A stretch of DNA of 64,000 nucleotides from Candidatus Latescibacterota bacterium (GTDB taxonomy: Bacteria > Latescibacterota > UBA2968). A program made the position numbers and the translations under genes. A model generated the notes under the pieces. The model was not told the origin of the DNA. It saw nothing but the letters and a program-made list of their open reading frames with translations, and searched no databases. The stretch lies in NCBI GenBank assembly GCA_965207885.1, contig OZ242311.1:4064001-4128000 (forward strand). Reading direction: 5' to 3'. This document shows, piece after piece, positions 36,987-46,097 of this stretch (position 1 is the stretch's first letter; every line of letters begins with the position of its first letter).

Positions 36987-37379
36987 ATGGTGGACGAAGA
37001 ACAAGACGATCCTGCTTTCGATGAAAAAGAGGAGTTGGATGCAGGGATACCATATAATGAATTCCCATGGCTGCGGGAGACTTTGCGGGAGGAATCCCAG
37101 AAACTGAGGGATGGTTTTAGATCTCCCAATATCAAGATTAAATTGTATAAAGCGCAGAATGGAAGATGTAATGCCCCTTGTGGTAAAAATGGTAAAGGGC
37201 GAAAATTTCCAATAGATATATTTGAAGTTGACCACATAGACCCCAGGTCTAAAGGGGGTAAGGATATTGACGAGAACTTACAATTGCTATGTCCTACCTG
37301 TAACCGTCGCAAGGGCAATATGCCCATGCAGGATTTTGTGGATAAATTCGCTCAAAAAAAAATCCCTTTCGACAAATGA
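36987..37379 (+). CDS. HNH endonuclease
   Basis: C..PC...EVDHIDPRSKGG....NLQLLCPTCNRRKG. Confidence 0.85.
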   Translation: MVDEEQDDPAFDEKEELDAGIPYNEFPWLRETLREESQKLRDGFRSPNIKIKLYKAQNGRCNAPCGKNGKGRKFPIDIFEVDHIDPRSKGGKDIDENLQLLCPTCNRRKGNMPMQDFVDKFAQKKIPFDK

Positions 37380-37394
37380 ATTTCAACAAGAGGA

Positions 37395-38099
37395 TTGCTA
37401 ACAGTGAGTTGGGATTATAGAGCATTGACAGTTTATTCTTATCAAGTTTCTCTCGGTTATATCGAATCAGTTTTACACATACAAAACGTTATTATTCCCG
37501 CTATAAATAGAGGTGAAATAAAGGAAGTTAGTGACCGATCTTCTTTTCACAGTCTGAGGATATGTTCTCTGGACTCTTTACACAACTCTTTTGAACAACT
37601 ACTCAGGTCAATGGTTTATCTTGAAGGAGAGATTAAGAATTCAAAAGACTTTGGCAAAGATCATAACTTAGTTAAAATACTTAATCTGATGAATGACCAA
37701 GATAAGTATAATTCAGAGGTAGAGTCTTTGTTAGAAATTTACTATCGCAATGCTGCTGGTTCTGGACGATTGCCTACAAAGAGTTCATTTGAGAGTATTT
37801 TCAGATCAAATATGAAATTGGATAGAATTGTTTATCACGTTCAAGATATTTACAGACGGAATGGTGGCAAGAATATGAGGTATTCTTATGAGAAAGATGC
37901 CAGAGGAGGAGGAAAGTTTTGTATCATAGAAACCAGAGAGGTTTGGAGAACGTTGGTAATTCTACTTGCTTTTGCCTACGCTCACAAGGACAGGATTCTA
38001 AGTCAGTATAAAGATTTCAATAGTAATTTTAACCACTTGATTTATTTGAGCAGTGAGTTTTCACTATTCGACAAGTATCTCAAGTTTAAGCTCGGTTAG
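37395..38099 (+). CDS. Hypothetical AT-rich protein
   Basis: 234-codon ORF in AT-rich DNA; start uncertain. Confidence 0.5.
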   Translation: MLTVSWDYRALTVYSYQVSLGYIESVLHIQNVIIPAINRGEIKEVSDRSSFHSLRICSLDSLHNSFEQLLRSMVYLEGEIKNSKDFGKDHNLVKILNLMNDQDKYNSEVESLLEIYYRNAAGSGRLPTKSSFESIFRSNMKLDRIVYHVQDIYRRNGGKNMRYSYEKDARGGGKFCIIETREVWRTLVILLAFAYAHKDRILSQYKDFNSNFNHLIYLSSEFSLFDKYLKFKLG

Positions 38100-38217
38100 G
38101 CTCAATTCTTAGTTTACATAATGAAATTCAAGATTTTGAACTATGTTCTTGTAACACATTGCTCAACAATCAGTTACAAGGAAATCTAAATAAGCCTTAT
38201 TTCCTAAAATAAAAAAA

Positions 38218-38302
38218 TGCCGAGAACGGGACTCGAACCCGTACGGGCGATTAGCCCAAGGGATTTTAAGTCCCTCGTGTCTACCAATTCCACCATCTCG
38301 GC
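38218..38302 (-). tRNA. tRNA-Leu (anticodon TAA)
   Basis: GCCGAGATGGTGGAATTGGTAGACACGAGGGAC-TTAAAA-TCCCT...GGTTCGAGTCCCGTTCTCGGCA; long variable arm; CCA not encoded. Confidence 0.95.
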
Positions 38303-38368
38303 ACTACATAAAAAAAATAGGTAAAGGTGTCCTGCTTGTCAAACGCACAATTTCTTTTTTTGCAGCGC

Positions 38369-39274
38369 TCAACCATCCAATCGTTCGGCCAGCGCACAGG
38401 TGGCTGGCGTGCCATCTACTTCTGCAAACACTTTCCCAAATTCCTCCGGAGAAACCTGCCGCGTATTCTCTCCGCGATACTGAAATTGCAGTGCCCTGCG
38501 GCGGTGCGGACTGCGGTTTGGAGGCGTCTGATGGGGCAGCATCGCCGAAAAGATCATCGCCCCTCCCGCCTTCATTTCCAGCGGAACCGCATCGCTATAA
38601 TCCAACCGACCTTCCACAATCTGACAGTCAATCGTATGTACGTGTTTGAATGCCTCGCCCTTGTGCCTACCGGGCAACACATGCATGCACCCATTCTCTA
38701 TCGTTGCATCGTCCAGCGTAATCCACGCCGTCGCAACCGCCTCTAAGGGCAACCAGTCAAAATAGGCATTGTCCTGATGCCAGGGCTTTTCCGATCCAAT
38801 AAACGGCGGCTTGGAAAGAGCCATCTCATTTTTCAAAACCACCTTCTGCCCCAGAACGCGCGCTACAAATCCCATGATACGTGGGTGTTCGACCAGGGCT
38901 ATAAATGTGGGATGCGCCTGATGATATCCATGCAACTTGCGAAAATTAAGCTCGGCTTCGGCATTTGCCAATGCAAGAGGGTCCTCAACACCTTGCTCAA
39001 AGTGAATCCCAAACGGGCCGTCTAATTCCTGCACCTGAACGCCAGCATAGTTCCCCCTTGTCCCGGGTTTTTCTTCCCGCACCCGTGCCCGGCCAGCGCG
39101 TGCCTCGTCCATCAACCACCCCGTGATCTCGCTCAAAGCCATCCGAGCGGCCTCGACCTCTTCGGCAGTCAACACATTTTCAAATGCCAGATACCCATCC
39201 CGGTGAAATTGCGCCACCAGGGCATCGTCCAGGACCTCTGGACAATCCGGTAAACGCGCTATTGACACAGACAT
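38369..39274 (-). CDS. Phytanoyl-CoA dioxygenase (PhyH) family Fe(II)/2OG oxygenase
   Basis: FHRDGYL, KPWHQD, W..LDDATIENGCM, PH.TPPN.S..RRRA. Confidence 0.9.
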   Translation of the reverse strand: MSVSIARLPDCPEVLDDALVAQFHRDGYLAFENVLTAEEVEAARMALSEITGWLMDEARAGRARVREEKPGTRGNYAGVQVQELDGPFGIHFEQGVEDPLALANAEAELNFRKLHGYHQAHPTFIALVEHPRIMGFVARVLGQKVVLKNEMALSKPPFIGSEKPWHQDNAYFDWLPLEAVATAWITLDDATIENGCMHVLPGRHKGEAFKHVHTIDCQIVEGRLDYSDAVPLEMKAGGAMIFSAMLPHQTPPNRSPHRRRALQFQYRGENTRQVSPEEFGKVFAEVDGTPATCALAERLDG

Positions 39275-39365
39275 CTTGCCCTCCTGCATTACAAAATACC
39301 AAACGCCATTTCCAAAGAAATTTAAAGCATTTCAACACACTTGACAAGAAAATCGAAACAAATAA

Positions 39366-39395
39366 CCGGTCAATCTCATCATCGAAATTGACCGG
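39366..39395 (-). terminator. Hairpin downstream of tRNA-Cys
   Basis: CCGGTCAAT...ATTGACCGG inverted repeat, followed on the - strand by T-rich sequence. Confidence 0.5.
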
Positions 39396-39403
39396 CTGAT
39401 TTT

Positions 39404-39477
39404 TGGAGGTGCCGGGCGGATTCGAACCGCCGATAAAGGCTTTGCAGGCCTCTGCCTTACCGCTTGGCCACGGCACC
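39404..39477 (-). tRNA. tRNA-Cys (anticodon GCA)
   Basis: GGTGCCGTGGCCAAGCGGTAAGGCAGAGGCCTGCAAAGCCTTTATCGGCGGTTCGAATCCGCCCGGCACCTCCA. Confidence 0.96.
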
Positions 39478-39545
39478 CAATACGCTGTGTTTGATCCGCG
39501 AAGCGTTAAAATACCGTACTTTATATCGAATGTCAAGGGGTGGCG

Positions 39546-40199
39546 TCAACGCGCAGCCCAGTTAATACCGCGTCGCTGGATCTCTTTCGCCTCTGGCACA
39601 TCAAAATCCACGGCTTTGTGCCCCAGGGAAGAGTAAAACACCCGTCCTGCACCCCACAGGCGTTTCCAAACTACCGGCATCACACAACCATTGACCCAGG
39701 GGGCCACATCGGTCTCAAACGTCGTTGTCACCAGCACTTCATTTCCCGGATCAGTATGCATATAATACTGCTCGGAATGCATCGCAAAATCGCTCAGACC
39801 CGCCACAATCGGATCATCTGCTTTTTCCGGCACAATATTGACCTCATAATCGATCACCCCACCCGGGTGCGACACCCACTGCCCGCCCGTCATCCACTGA
39901 TAGCCCGTATTATTGCGAAATGCATCGCACATCCCACCGTGCCATCCCGCCAATCCAACGCCACTCTTAACCGCCCCTTGAAGCCCCTGTTCCTGTCCTT
40001 TTTCAATGCTACCCATCGTCCAGCACGGCACAACCACGCTCAGTTCCGACATGTAATCCGCATCCGTATAAACATCCATTGAATCGCGAACATCTACATC
40101 AAACCCATCTGCTTCCAGTAACGGCGCAAAAATATCCACACATTCCTTTGGCTCGTGCCCTTGCCAACCACCCCATACCATCAGAGCTTTCTTACTCAT
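39546..40199 (-). CDS. ThuA-like domain protein
   Basis: [47 protein letters not shown]. Confidence 0.85.
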   Translation of the reverse strand: MSKKALMVWGGWQGHEPKECVDIFAPLLEADGFDVDVRDSMDVYTDADYMSELSVVVPCWTMGSIEKGQEQGLQGAVKSGVGLAGWHGGMCDAFRNNTGYQWMTGGQWVSHPGGVIDYEVNIVPEKADDPIVAGLSDFAMHSEQYYMHTDPGNEVLVTTTFETDVAPWVNGCVMPVVWKRLWGAGRVFYSSLGHKAVDFDVPEAKEIQRRGINWAAR

Positions 40200-40224
40200 C
40201 TTCATCTCCTTATTTGAAAATCTG

Positions 40225-41280
40225 TCAACTGCCCAGCGCAAAAGCCAGGCCCCTATCTTCTGCTGTCTTCTTCAGATCATTTAACGTAACAGCATTCAAC
40301 GGTATGCCCTGTTTGCGATACGCATTCCGCCGCAGGGCTTCGGGTTCACCAGGGGCAAATAGCCGATCCACCCCAGGCGCCCTTTTGCAGGCATGAATCT
40401 GCTGAATCGCATTGTCAATCCGCGCCTTGAATCGCGCCACATCTTCAAAAGCACCCACCCGAATAGCCGCTACAAAATGACCATCTTCACCTGCCTGTGG
40501 TCCATCTTCCATATTGCCCAATTCGGTGCCATAGCTCGCGCCGGATAACATAGAAGACAAAATCCCCATCACCATGGCCAGTGCCACACCTTTAAATTGC
40601 CCAATCGGCATCAACAAACCATCTATCGCCTTTACGGGATCGGTCGTCGGCACCCCATCCGCATCCATAGCCCACCCTTCTGGCAGGGTCAGTCCTTTTT
40701 GTTCATATACGCGAATTTTCCCATGCGCAGAGCCTGAAAATGCCGCGTCAAAAACAATGGGGAATTCCCCACCGGCGGGAATCGCCACACTCAAGGGATT
40801 GATACCCAGGATACGCTCAGCACCTCCCCACGGAGCCATTGTGGGCAAAGCATTGGTCGTCGCAACCCCAATCATATCGCAATCCAGGGCCATACGCGCA
40901 AAATACCCCACGGCACCGCAGTGATTACTGCCCCGAATACCCGCGGCTGCTATACCAATATCCCGAGCGCGAGCAATCACCTGCTGCATCGCAAACCCCA
41001 TCCCAATCTGCCCCATAGAATTGCCCCCATCCACCACCAGACACGCCCCATTATCCTTCACCACCTCGGGTTTGCCATTTGGATCCACGCCATCAACCGT
41101 CAACTTCCTCACGTATTCGGGAACGCGCAATACCCCGTGCGAATGCACCCCACCGAGATCCGCATCCACCAGCGAATCCGCCAACAGATGTGCATCCCCT
41201 TCACCCATCCCACACGTCTCAAAAATTGCCTGCACCAGATCCAACAGCGCCCCAGCAGCCACACGCCTTTCATTCTCCAT
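40225..41280 (-). CDS. Ldh_2 family (malate/L-lactate/ureidoglycolate dehydrogenase-like) oxidoreductase
   Basis: [31 protein letters not shown]. Confidence 0.9.
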   Translation of the reverse strand: MENERRVAAGALLDLVQAIFETCGMGEGDAHLLADSLVDADLGGVHSHGVLRVPEYVRKLTVDGVDPNGKPEVVKDNGACLVVDGGNSMGQIGMGFAMQQVIARARDIGIAAAGIRGSNHCGAVGYFARMALDCDMIGVATTNALPTMAPWGGAERILGINPLSVAIPAGGEFPIVFDAAFSGSAHGKIRVYEQKGLTLPEGWAMDADGVPTTDPVKAIDGLLMPIGQFKGVALAMVMGILSSMLSGASYGTELGNMEDGPQAGEDGHFVAAIRVGAFEDVARFKARIDNAIQQIHACKRAPGVDRLFAPGEPEALRRNAYRKQGIPLNAVTLNDLKKTAEDRGLAFALGS

Positions 41281-41284
41281 TGCA

Positions 41285-41710
41285 CTATCCCTCAAAAATC
41301 TCTCTAAATTTTTGGGGTACGGGTCTGATTCTTCGAGTACTATAATCGAGAAACACAATGCCCGTCTTCGCGCGCGCCACCTCTCGCCCATCGGATTTGG
41401 CACGCAAAAGATAAAACAAATCACATCCCGTGCGCGAAAAATTGCACACCGCCACATCGCCCACAAGCGTCTCGCCGTAAAAAGCCTCGCTTCGAAAAAC
41501 AATCACAGCATCAATCATCAAAATACCCACCCCATCCACATCTAACTCCGTAAAACCGTACTCTGCAAACAAACGCGCACGCACCTCGTGACACAGGGAC
41601 AACACCGCATCGTTGCCCAGATGCCCGCCGTAATTGATATCCGAAACTCTCAACGAAATTTCAGTTGTAAAGATAAACTCATCTGGCAATGCCAGCTTCA
41701 CCCTGCCCAT
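41285..41710 (-). CDS. Acyl-CoA thioesterase (4HBT/hotdog fold)
   Basis: RVSDINYGGHLGND, EAFYGE, A.AKTGIVF.DY. Confidence 0.85.
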   Translation of the reverse strand: MGRVKLALPDEFIFTTEISLRVSDINYGGHLGNDAVLSLCHEVRARLFAEYGFTELDVDGVGILMIDAVIVFRSEAFYGETLVGDVAVCNFSRTGCDLFYLLRAKSDGREVARAKTGIVFLDYSTRRIRPVPQKFREIFEG

Positions 41711-41746
41711 CAAAAGCCCTCCAAACGAATCAGCGAATCTACGGAA

Positions 41747-41774
41747 CGGTGTACAACTGGTTCAGGCCAGTTCA
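41747..41774 (+). repeat. Dispersed palindromic repeat, copy 2
   Basis: CGGTGTACAACTGGTTCAGGCCAGTTCA. Confidence 0.75.
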
Positions 41775-41848
41775 TCTACGAATCAAAAAAGCCGTCATTG
41801 CGGCAGGGTGTTAGCCGCAATCCAGAGGTTTTGGGTGGTAGGGCGGGG

Positions 41849-42035
41849 TTCGTCTATTCGTCTATTCGTCTATTCGTCTATTCGTCTATTCGTCTATTCG
41901 TCTATTCGTCTATTCGTCTATTCGTCTATTCGTCTATTCGTCTATTCGTCTATTCGTCTATTCGTCTATTCGTCTATTCGTCTATTCGTCTATTCGTCTA
42001 TTCGTCTATTCGTCTATTCGTCTATTCGTCTATTC
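41849..42035. repeat. Perfect 8-bp tandem repeat (TTCGTCTA) x23
   Basis: 23 identical units plus TTC, directly after the stop codon of the - strand PhyH gene. Confidence 0.97.
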
Positions 42036-42773
42036 TCAATGCTTACACGCCACATGTCGATCTTTGTATATCCCCTTTAGAAACTTTTCTGGATTGAGTT
42101 CTTCTGGCAAATAATGCCATGCCGTGCTATAGCGCGTGCGATTGCTGTGGTTATCATAAGCACCGTGCAGGAGATTGGCGGAAAACAGAACAACTGTACC
42201 AGCGGGAATGACCAGATCCACAGCCTGCGATTCATCGACCACTGTCCAACGGCCGTGCCTGCCTATATTTTTGTGGTGTTCGGCAATCTCACCCATCCGG
42301 TGGCTACCGGGCACCACCCGCAAACACCCATTCTCCAAATCTGAATCTTCCAGATAAATACCGCAACTGATAATGCGATCCGTATCGGTCCCAAAATAAA
42401 AATTGTCCTGATGCCAGCCCGTTGACGTACCGCCATTGGGCAACTTGGGAAAAAACTTGGTGCCAAACAAATCGATATTTTCACCAATTAATACCGCCAC
42501 GCGGTCTAAAATCGCCGGTTCACGCGCCAGTTCCAACACGCGGGCATCAACCACACAAACACCCTGAATTTTGTGCAACAAGCCCGCCCGGGGTTCCCCG
42601 CACTCGTCCAACTCGAGCGTCCAGTGCGGCACCTCCTCTGTCAGCTTGCTACCCTCTGCGACCAGTTCATCAAATACCTGCTTGTAATAGGCCAATCGCT
42701 CGCCCTGGATCAGGCTCTCAAAAACGAGATACCCATCTTCTCGAAACTGCTGTACCTGTTCGTCTGTCAACAT
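42036..42773 (-). CDS. PhyH family dioxygenase
   Basis: LTDEQVQQFREDGYL, TGWHQDN, ENGCLRVVPGSH, LLHG..DN.S.R.R. Confidence 0.9.
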   Translation of the reverse strand: MLTDEQVQQFREDGYLVFESLIQGERLAYYKQVFDELVAEGSKLTEEVPHWTLELDECGEPRAGLLHKIQGVCVVDARVLELAREPAILDRVAVLIGENIDLFGTKFFPKLPNGGTSTGWHQDNFYFGTDTDRIISCGIYLEDSDLENGCLRVVPGSHRMGEIAEHHKNIGRHGRWTVVDESQAVDLVIPAGTVVLFSANLLHGAYDNHSNRTRYSTAWHYLPEELNPEKFLKGIYKDRHVACKH

Positions 42774-42789
42774 GAAAAACCTCCCTGTC

Positions 42790-43773
42790 TCATTTCTCAC
42801 TGCGAATTTCCCTATTCAACCGCGCGGCCTTCACCAACTCGCGCTCCAGCAATTGGTAATAGGCTGCAGAATCCATCGTCGCTTTTTTCTTCACCAGAGC
42901 CTGCACCTCGTCAATCGCCTTACCATAAGCTGCGACAAGCGCGGGCGAAGCACCTTTGGGAACGAGAAAATTGAGCAAAAAACAACGGTCTGCCAACATT
43001 CCATCGCCCGCGTCGATATCGGACAGACGCGTACCCAACCCATCGCCATTATCGTCCAAAATCGCGTTCTCTGTCGCAATCAGCCCCTCACTCAAAAACC
43101 AGGCATCTGTCAGTGAAGATGCCTGGGTGCAAATCTCCAGAACCGAAATGCGGTCATCGCGATTTTGATCTGCACTACCATCCTCCAGTGCCTGAACAAA
43201 AAAACGCATAAATTGCGTGGCATTGCGTTGATCCATACTGCGCGTACTCGCGCATATAATACGCCCATCTCGACTCAGTGCATTGACAAAAGGCGCACTC
43301 ATCGACGCACCATTGACAACAATAATGCGCCGCACAGATAACATCTTCAAAAATCCATCCAGATCTTCAGCTGTCAAATCCGCACCGGGAATATTCAACT
43401 TGGCAACCTGGCGACGATAGCTTCCGTGCCCAATTAAAAAAATGAACACATCGTCACCCGACGTTACCCGCTCCGACAAACCGCGGAATACATTGCGGAT
43501 GCCTGCTATTGATGACATGCCATCGGCATTCTCACCCGTCTCATTCACCAATAGCACATTTGCCGCGGGATGATCACATCGCTCAATCAGCACCCGGCGC
43601 AAACGCTGCCCCCAATCGTCAAACCGCTCGGAATACTCGTCCTCTCCACCGCTACCGCTGATGATCACATCAAAAACAGCGGCATTTGCCTGCGCCAGCA
43701 TCAACACCCAAATTGGGAAAATCCATAATATGCCTTTTTTCACGGCTCTCCCCGCTTCCGTCTCAAATACCAT
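42790..43773 (-). CDS. Exported caspase/legumain-fold-like protein of the MoxR operon
   Basis: IISGSGG, FLIGHGS, ADQNRDDRISVLE, LDDNGDG; the family assignment is inference and the start is uncertain. Confidence 0.6.
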   Translation of the reverse strand: MVFETEAGRAVKKGILWIFPIWVLMLAQANAAVFDVIISGSGGEDEYSERFDDWGQRLRRVLIERCDHPAANVLLVNETGENADGMSSIAGIRNVFRGLSERVTSGDDVFIFLIGHGSYRRQVAKLNIPGADLTAEDLDGFLKMLSVRRIIVVNGASMSAPFVNALSRDGRIICASTRSMDQRNATQFMRFFVQALEDGSADQNRDDRISVLEICTQASSLTDAWFLSEGLIATENAILDDNGDGLGTRLSDIDAGDGMLADRCFLLNFLVPKGASPALVAAYGKAIDEVQALVKKKATMDSAAYYQLLERELVKAARLNREIRSEK

Positions 43774-46097
43774 TCAACGCAAAGCAACAACACGAGTAGA
43801 ATATAAAAAGGCGGAAAATGCCACAACGGAAAACGATCCAATCGCGCATGAGCCTGGTCGGTATATGGAATCTGCTCAGCCAATTCGTCGAGCGCGTCCA
43901 ACTCGATAAATTTGCCACCCGTGTGTGCAGACAGGCGTTTCAAAAAATCGGGATTATAACGCGCAGACAAAAACTCGAGATGATCCGGTCGCGCCAGCAC
44001 AGCCGCGTCCAACTGCCCAATATCTACGCCATCGGAATCGCGCGCCGTGAGCTTCACTCGGTGCAATCCCGCTTCTGTAGCCTCAAAAATCGCAGAATAC
44101 GCACCCACCTCGGCGATCGATTCAGAAATCGGCAATCTAACCGTCCCACCATTCGGTATCTCGACCTGCACATCGACGGACAGCCCTTCGCGAGGTTCGA
44201 AAAGAGAATCGCGCACCACAAACTTCAAATCGCGCATGTCTCCTACGACAACATCCTCGCCGCTATCGATCATCGTCACAGGCTCTGGCACCCGCATTGC
44301 CAGCAAACGCGCCAACTGCCGCCAAAAGCGTTCGTGAGCGGCATCTTCAACATTCTGCATCATCTGCCACTGCCACGTCTCGCCCGTACCCAACGCAGCA
44401 CTCAAACCCTCTCCATACCGCTGCCAGGCAAACAGCGGCTGTGCATCCACAGCTTCAGACTCGGCATCCACCGTCGCCATCACCGTTGCACCAGCGCGCA
44501 CAGACGCAAACGCATTGACCCCGTAAAGCGCGGACAAATTCGCCCACTGCTCGGCATTGACTTCGGCATCTTCGCTCAAAGACCAGACCCCGGACAATAC
44601 GCCTTCAATCGTCGGCTTAGCGCGAAAAGCCACATCGTCGTAATCACCCGCAGGGCCCAACACAACGGGCAACATCGGTTCAATAGTAGAATGCGCCCAC
44701 CCGCCCTCTGAGTACGCGCGGGGACCGCCCAGCATCAAAAAACTGCCCCCGCGTTTGGACACAAATTCCCGCGTCAAATTGAGTTGGGCAAGAGAAAAGA
44801 AATCGCGCTCAATATCCCCCCAGATCATCACATGGTAGCGAAAAAGCTCTGACACATCTGAAGGATACCCTCCCGCCAACTCCGACTCTGACACGCCAAT
44901 GCGGATAAAAACCGCTTCGTCATAACGCGGCGCATTCAGCGCCTGATCGTCAAAACCTTCAAACAGGGGATTCGCCATTGTCGCATCGCGCCCACGGAAA
45001 ACAAACTTGCGCTCGGCACCAGAAATGCGAACCAGACTCGACAAAACGAGTTGCGGCGCTCCATCTAAGGCACGCCGCAAAAACTTGCCCTCCCAATTGG
45101 GACGCCCGCTAAAATACAAAATGCGAAAAACGCGCTCGCGATTATCCACCAGAATATCTCGCGCATTATTCTCAGCAATGCGGTCTTTGGTCGCAACATC
45201 CGTGGTATCTGCCAAACGCACCCGCACGCGGTGTGATACCCAGCCATCTCTTTGCGGATCAAAAGCGAGCCGAACGTAATTTTCTTCTTCTGGTCCCACA
45301 ATCGAAAGCGGTGACGACGCCACCACCCGCTTGCCATCCAGCACATCGACCACCACATCTTCACCGCCCAACCCCTCGGCCACCACCCGCGCGGTAACCG
45401 CCATCTCATCGGATCGCACGCGCGACACCGATACATCGGTCAATGCCAGATCGCGCCAGAGATCATCGCGTCCTATTCCCACTGTAAAAACGGGCACATC
45501 GCGGGACAAATCCGTTATCTGAACAGGCGAGACACTTTGCTGCACCCCATCGCTAAACACCACCACAGCCGACACCGCAGCCCCCGACATTTGCTTGAGC
45601 ACCCCGCGAACTGCACCGACAATATCTGTTCGCCCCTGATCAAACGCGAGATCCTCAACCTCATTAACGCGCGCTGTCGTGCTGCCAAACCGAAACCGCG
45701 CCACCTGATGGGATTGCGTCAAAACGCGCTCAAAATCCGATCCCTGATACACCTGCACAAATCTTTCTGCCCGCGCCTGCCCATCGTATTCGGGCACCGT
45801 CATACTGCGGGAATCATCAAACAAAACAGGCACAAAATGCGTACCAGGCTCCAATTTTCGCGCCACCAGCGCAGGTCCCAATAACAAAAATAGCACCAGC
45901 GCCAATGCCACCCCGCGCAATCCAATCAACGCCTTTGAAAGCGCGGGTCGCCGCCTGTGCCAGAACAACACACTCGCACAAAAAACAACACCGAGAAGGA
46001 CCAACGCCACAGGCCATGCGACATCCAGTACAAACCGCACATCCCGATATACAGCGGCGCGATCCCCGGCCAACAAGTGTAATAACCAGTCAGTCAC
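43740..46097 (-). CDS. Membrane protein with VWA and glutamine-amidotransferase-like domains
   Basis: LFDDSRSM (MIDAS), FSDG, EFV..RGG.FLMLGG, YGEG, C-terminal EWYLRRKRG. Confidence 0.8.
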   Translation of the reverse strand: MTDWLLHLLAGDRAAVYRDVRFVLDVAWPVALVLLGVVFCASVLFWHRRRPALSKALIGLRGVALALVLFLLLGPALVARKLEPGTHFVPVLFDDSRSMTVPEYDGQARAERFVQVYQGSDFERVLTQSHQVARFRFGSTTARVNEVEDLAFDQGRTDIVGAVRGVLKQMSGAAVSAVVVFSDGVQQSVSPVQITDLSRDVPVFTVGIGRDDLWRDLALTDVSVSRVRSDEMAVTARVVAEGLGGEDVVVDVLDGKRVVASSPLSIVGPEEENYVRLAFDPQRDGWVSHRVRVRLADTTDVATKDRIAENNARDILVDNRERVFRILYFSGRPNWEGKFLRRALDGAPQLVLSSLVRISGAERKFVFRGRDATMANPLFEGFDDQALNAPRYDEAVFIRIGVSESELAGGYPSDVSELFRYHVMIWGDIERDFFSLAQLNLTREFVSKRGGSFLMLGGPRAYSEGGWAHSTIEPMLPVVLGPAGDYDDVAFRAKPTIEGVLSGVWSLSEDAEVNAEQWANLSALYGVNAFASVRAGATVMATVDAESEAVDAQPLFAWQRYGEGLSAALGTGETWQWQMMQNVEDAAHERFWRQLARLLAMRVPEPVTMIDSGEDVVVGDMRDLKFVVRDSLFEPREGLSVDVQVEIPNGGTVRLPISESIAEVGAYSAIFEATEAGLHRVKLTARDSDGVDIGQLDAAVLARPDHLEFLSARYNPDFLKRLSAHTGGKFIELDALDELAEQIPYTDQAHARLDRFPLWHFPPFYILLVLLLCVEWYLRRKRGEP

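Noticed and set aside
41849-42035. Second CRISPR array
   Set aside because: No spacers; a simple tandem repeat.
41588-42097. ORFs encoding (SSIRLFVY)n
   Set aside because: Artefact of translating the stop-free octamer repeat; antisense to real genes.
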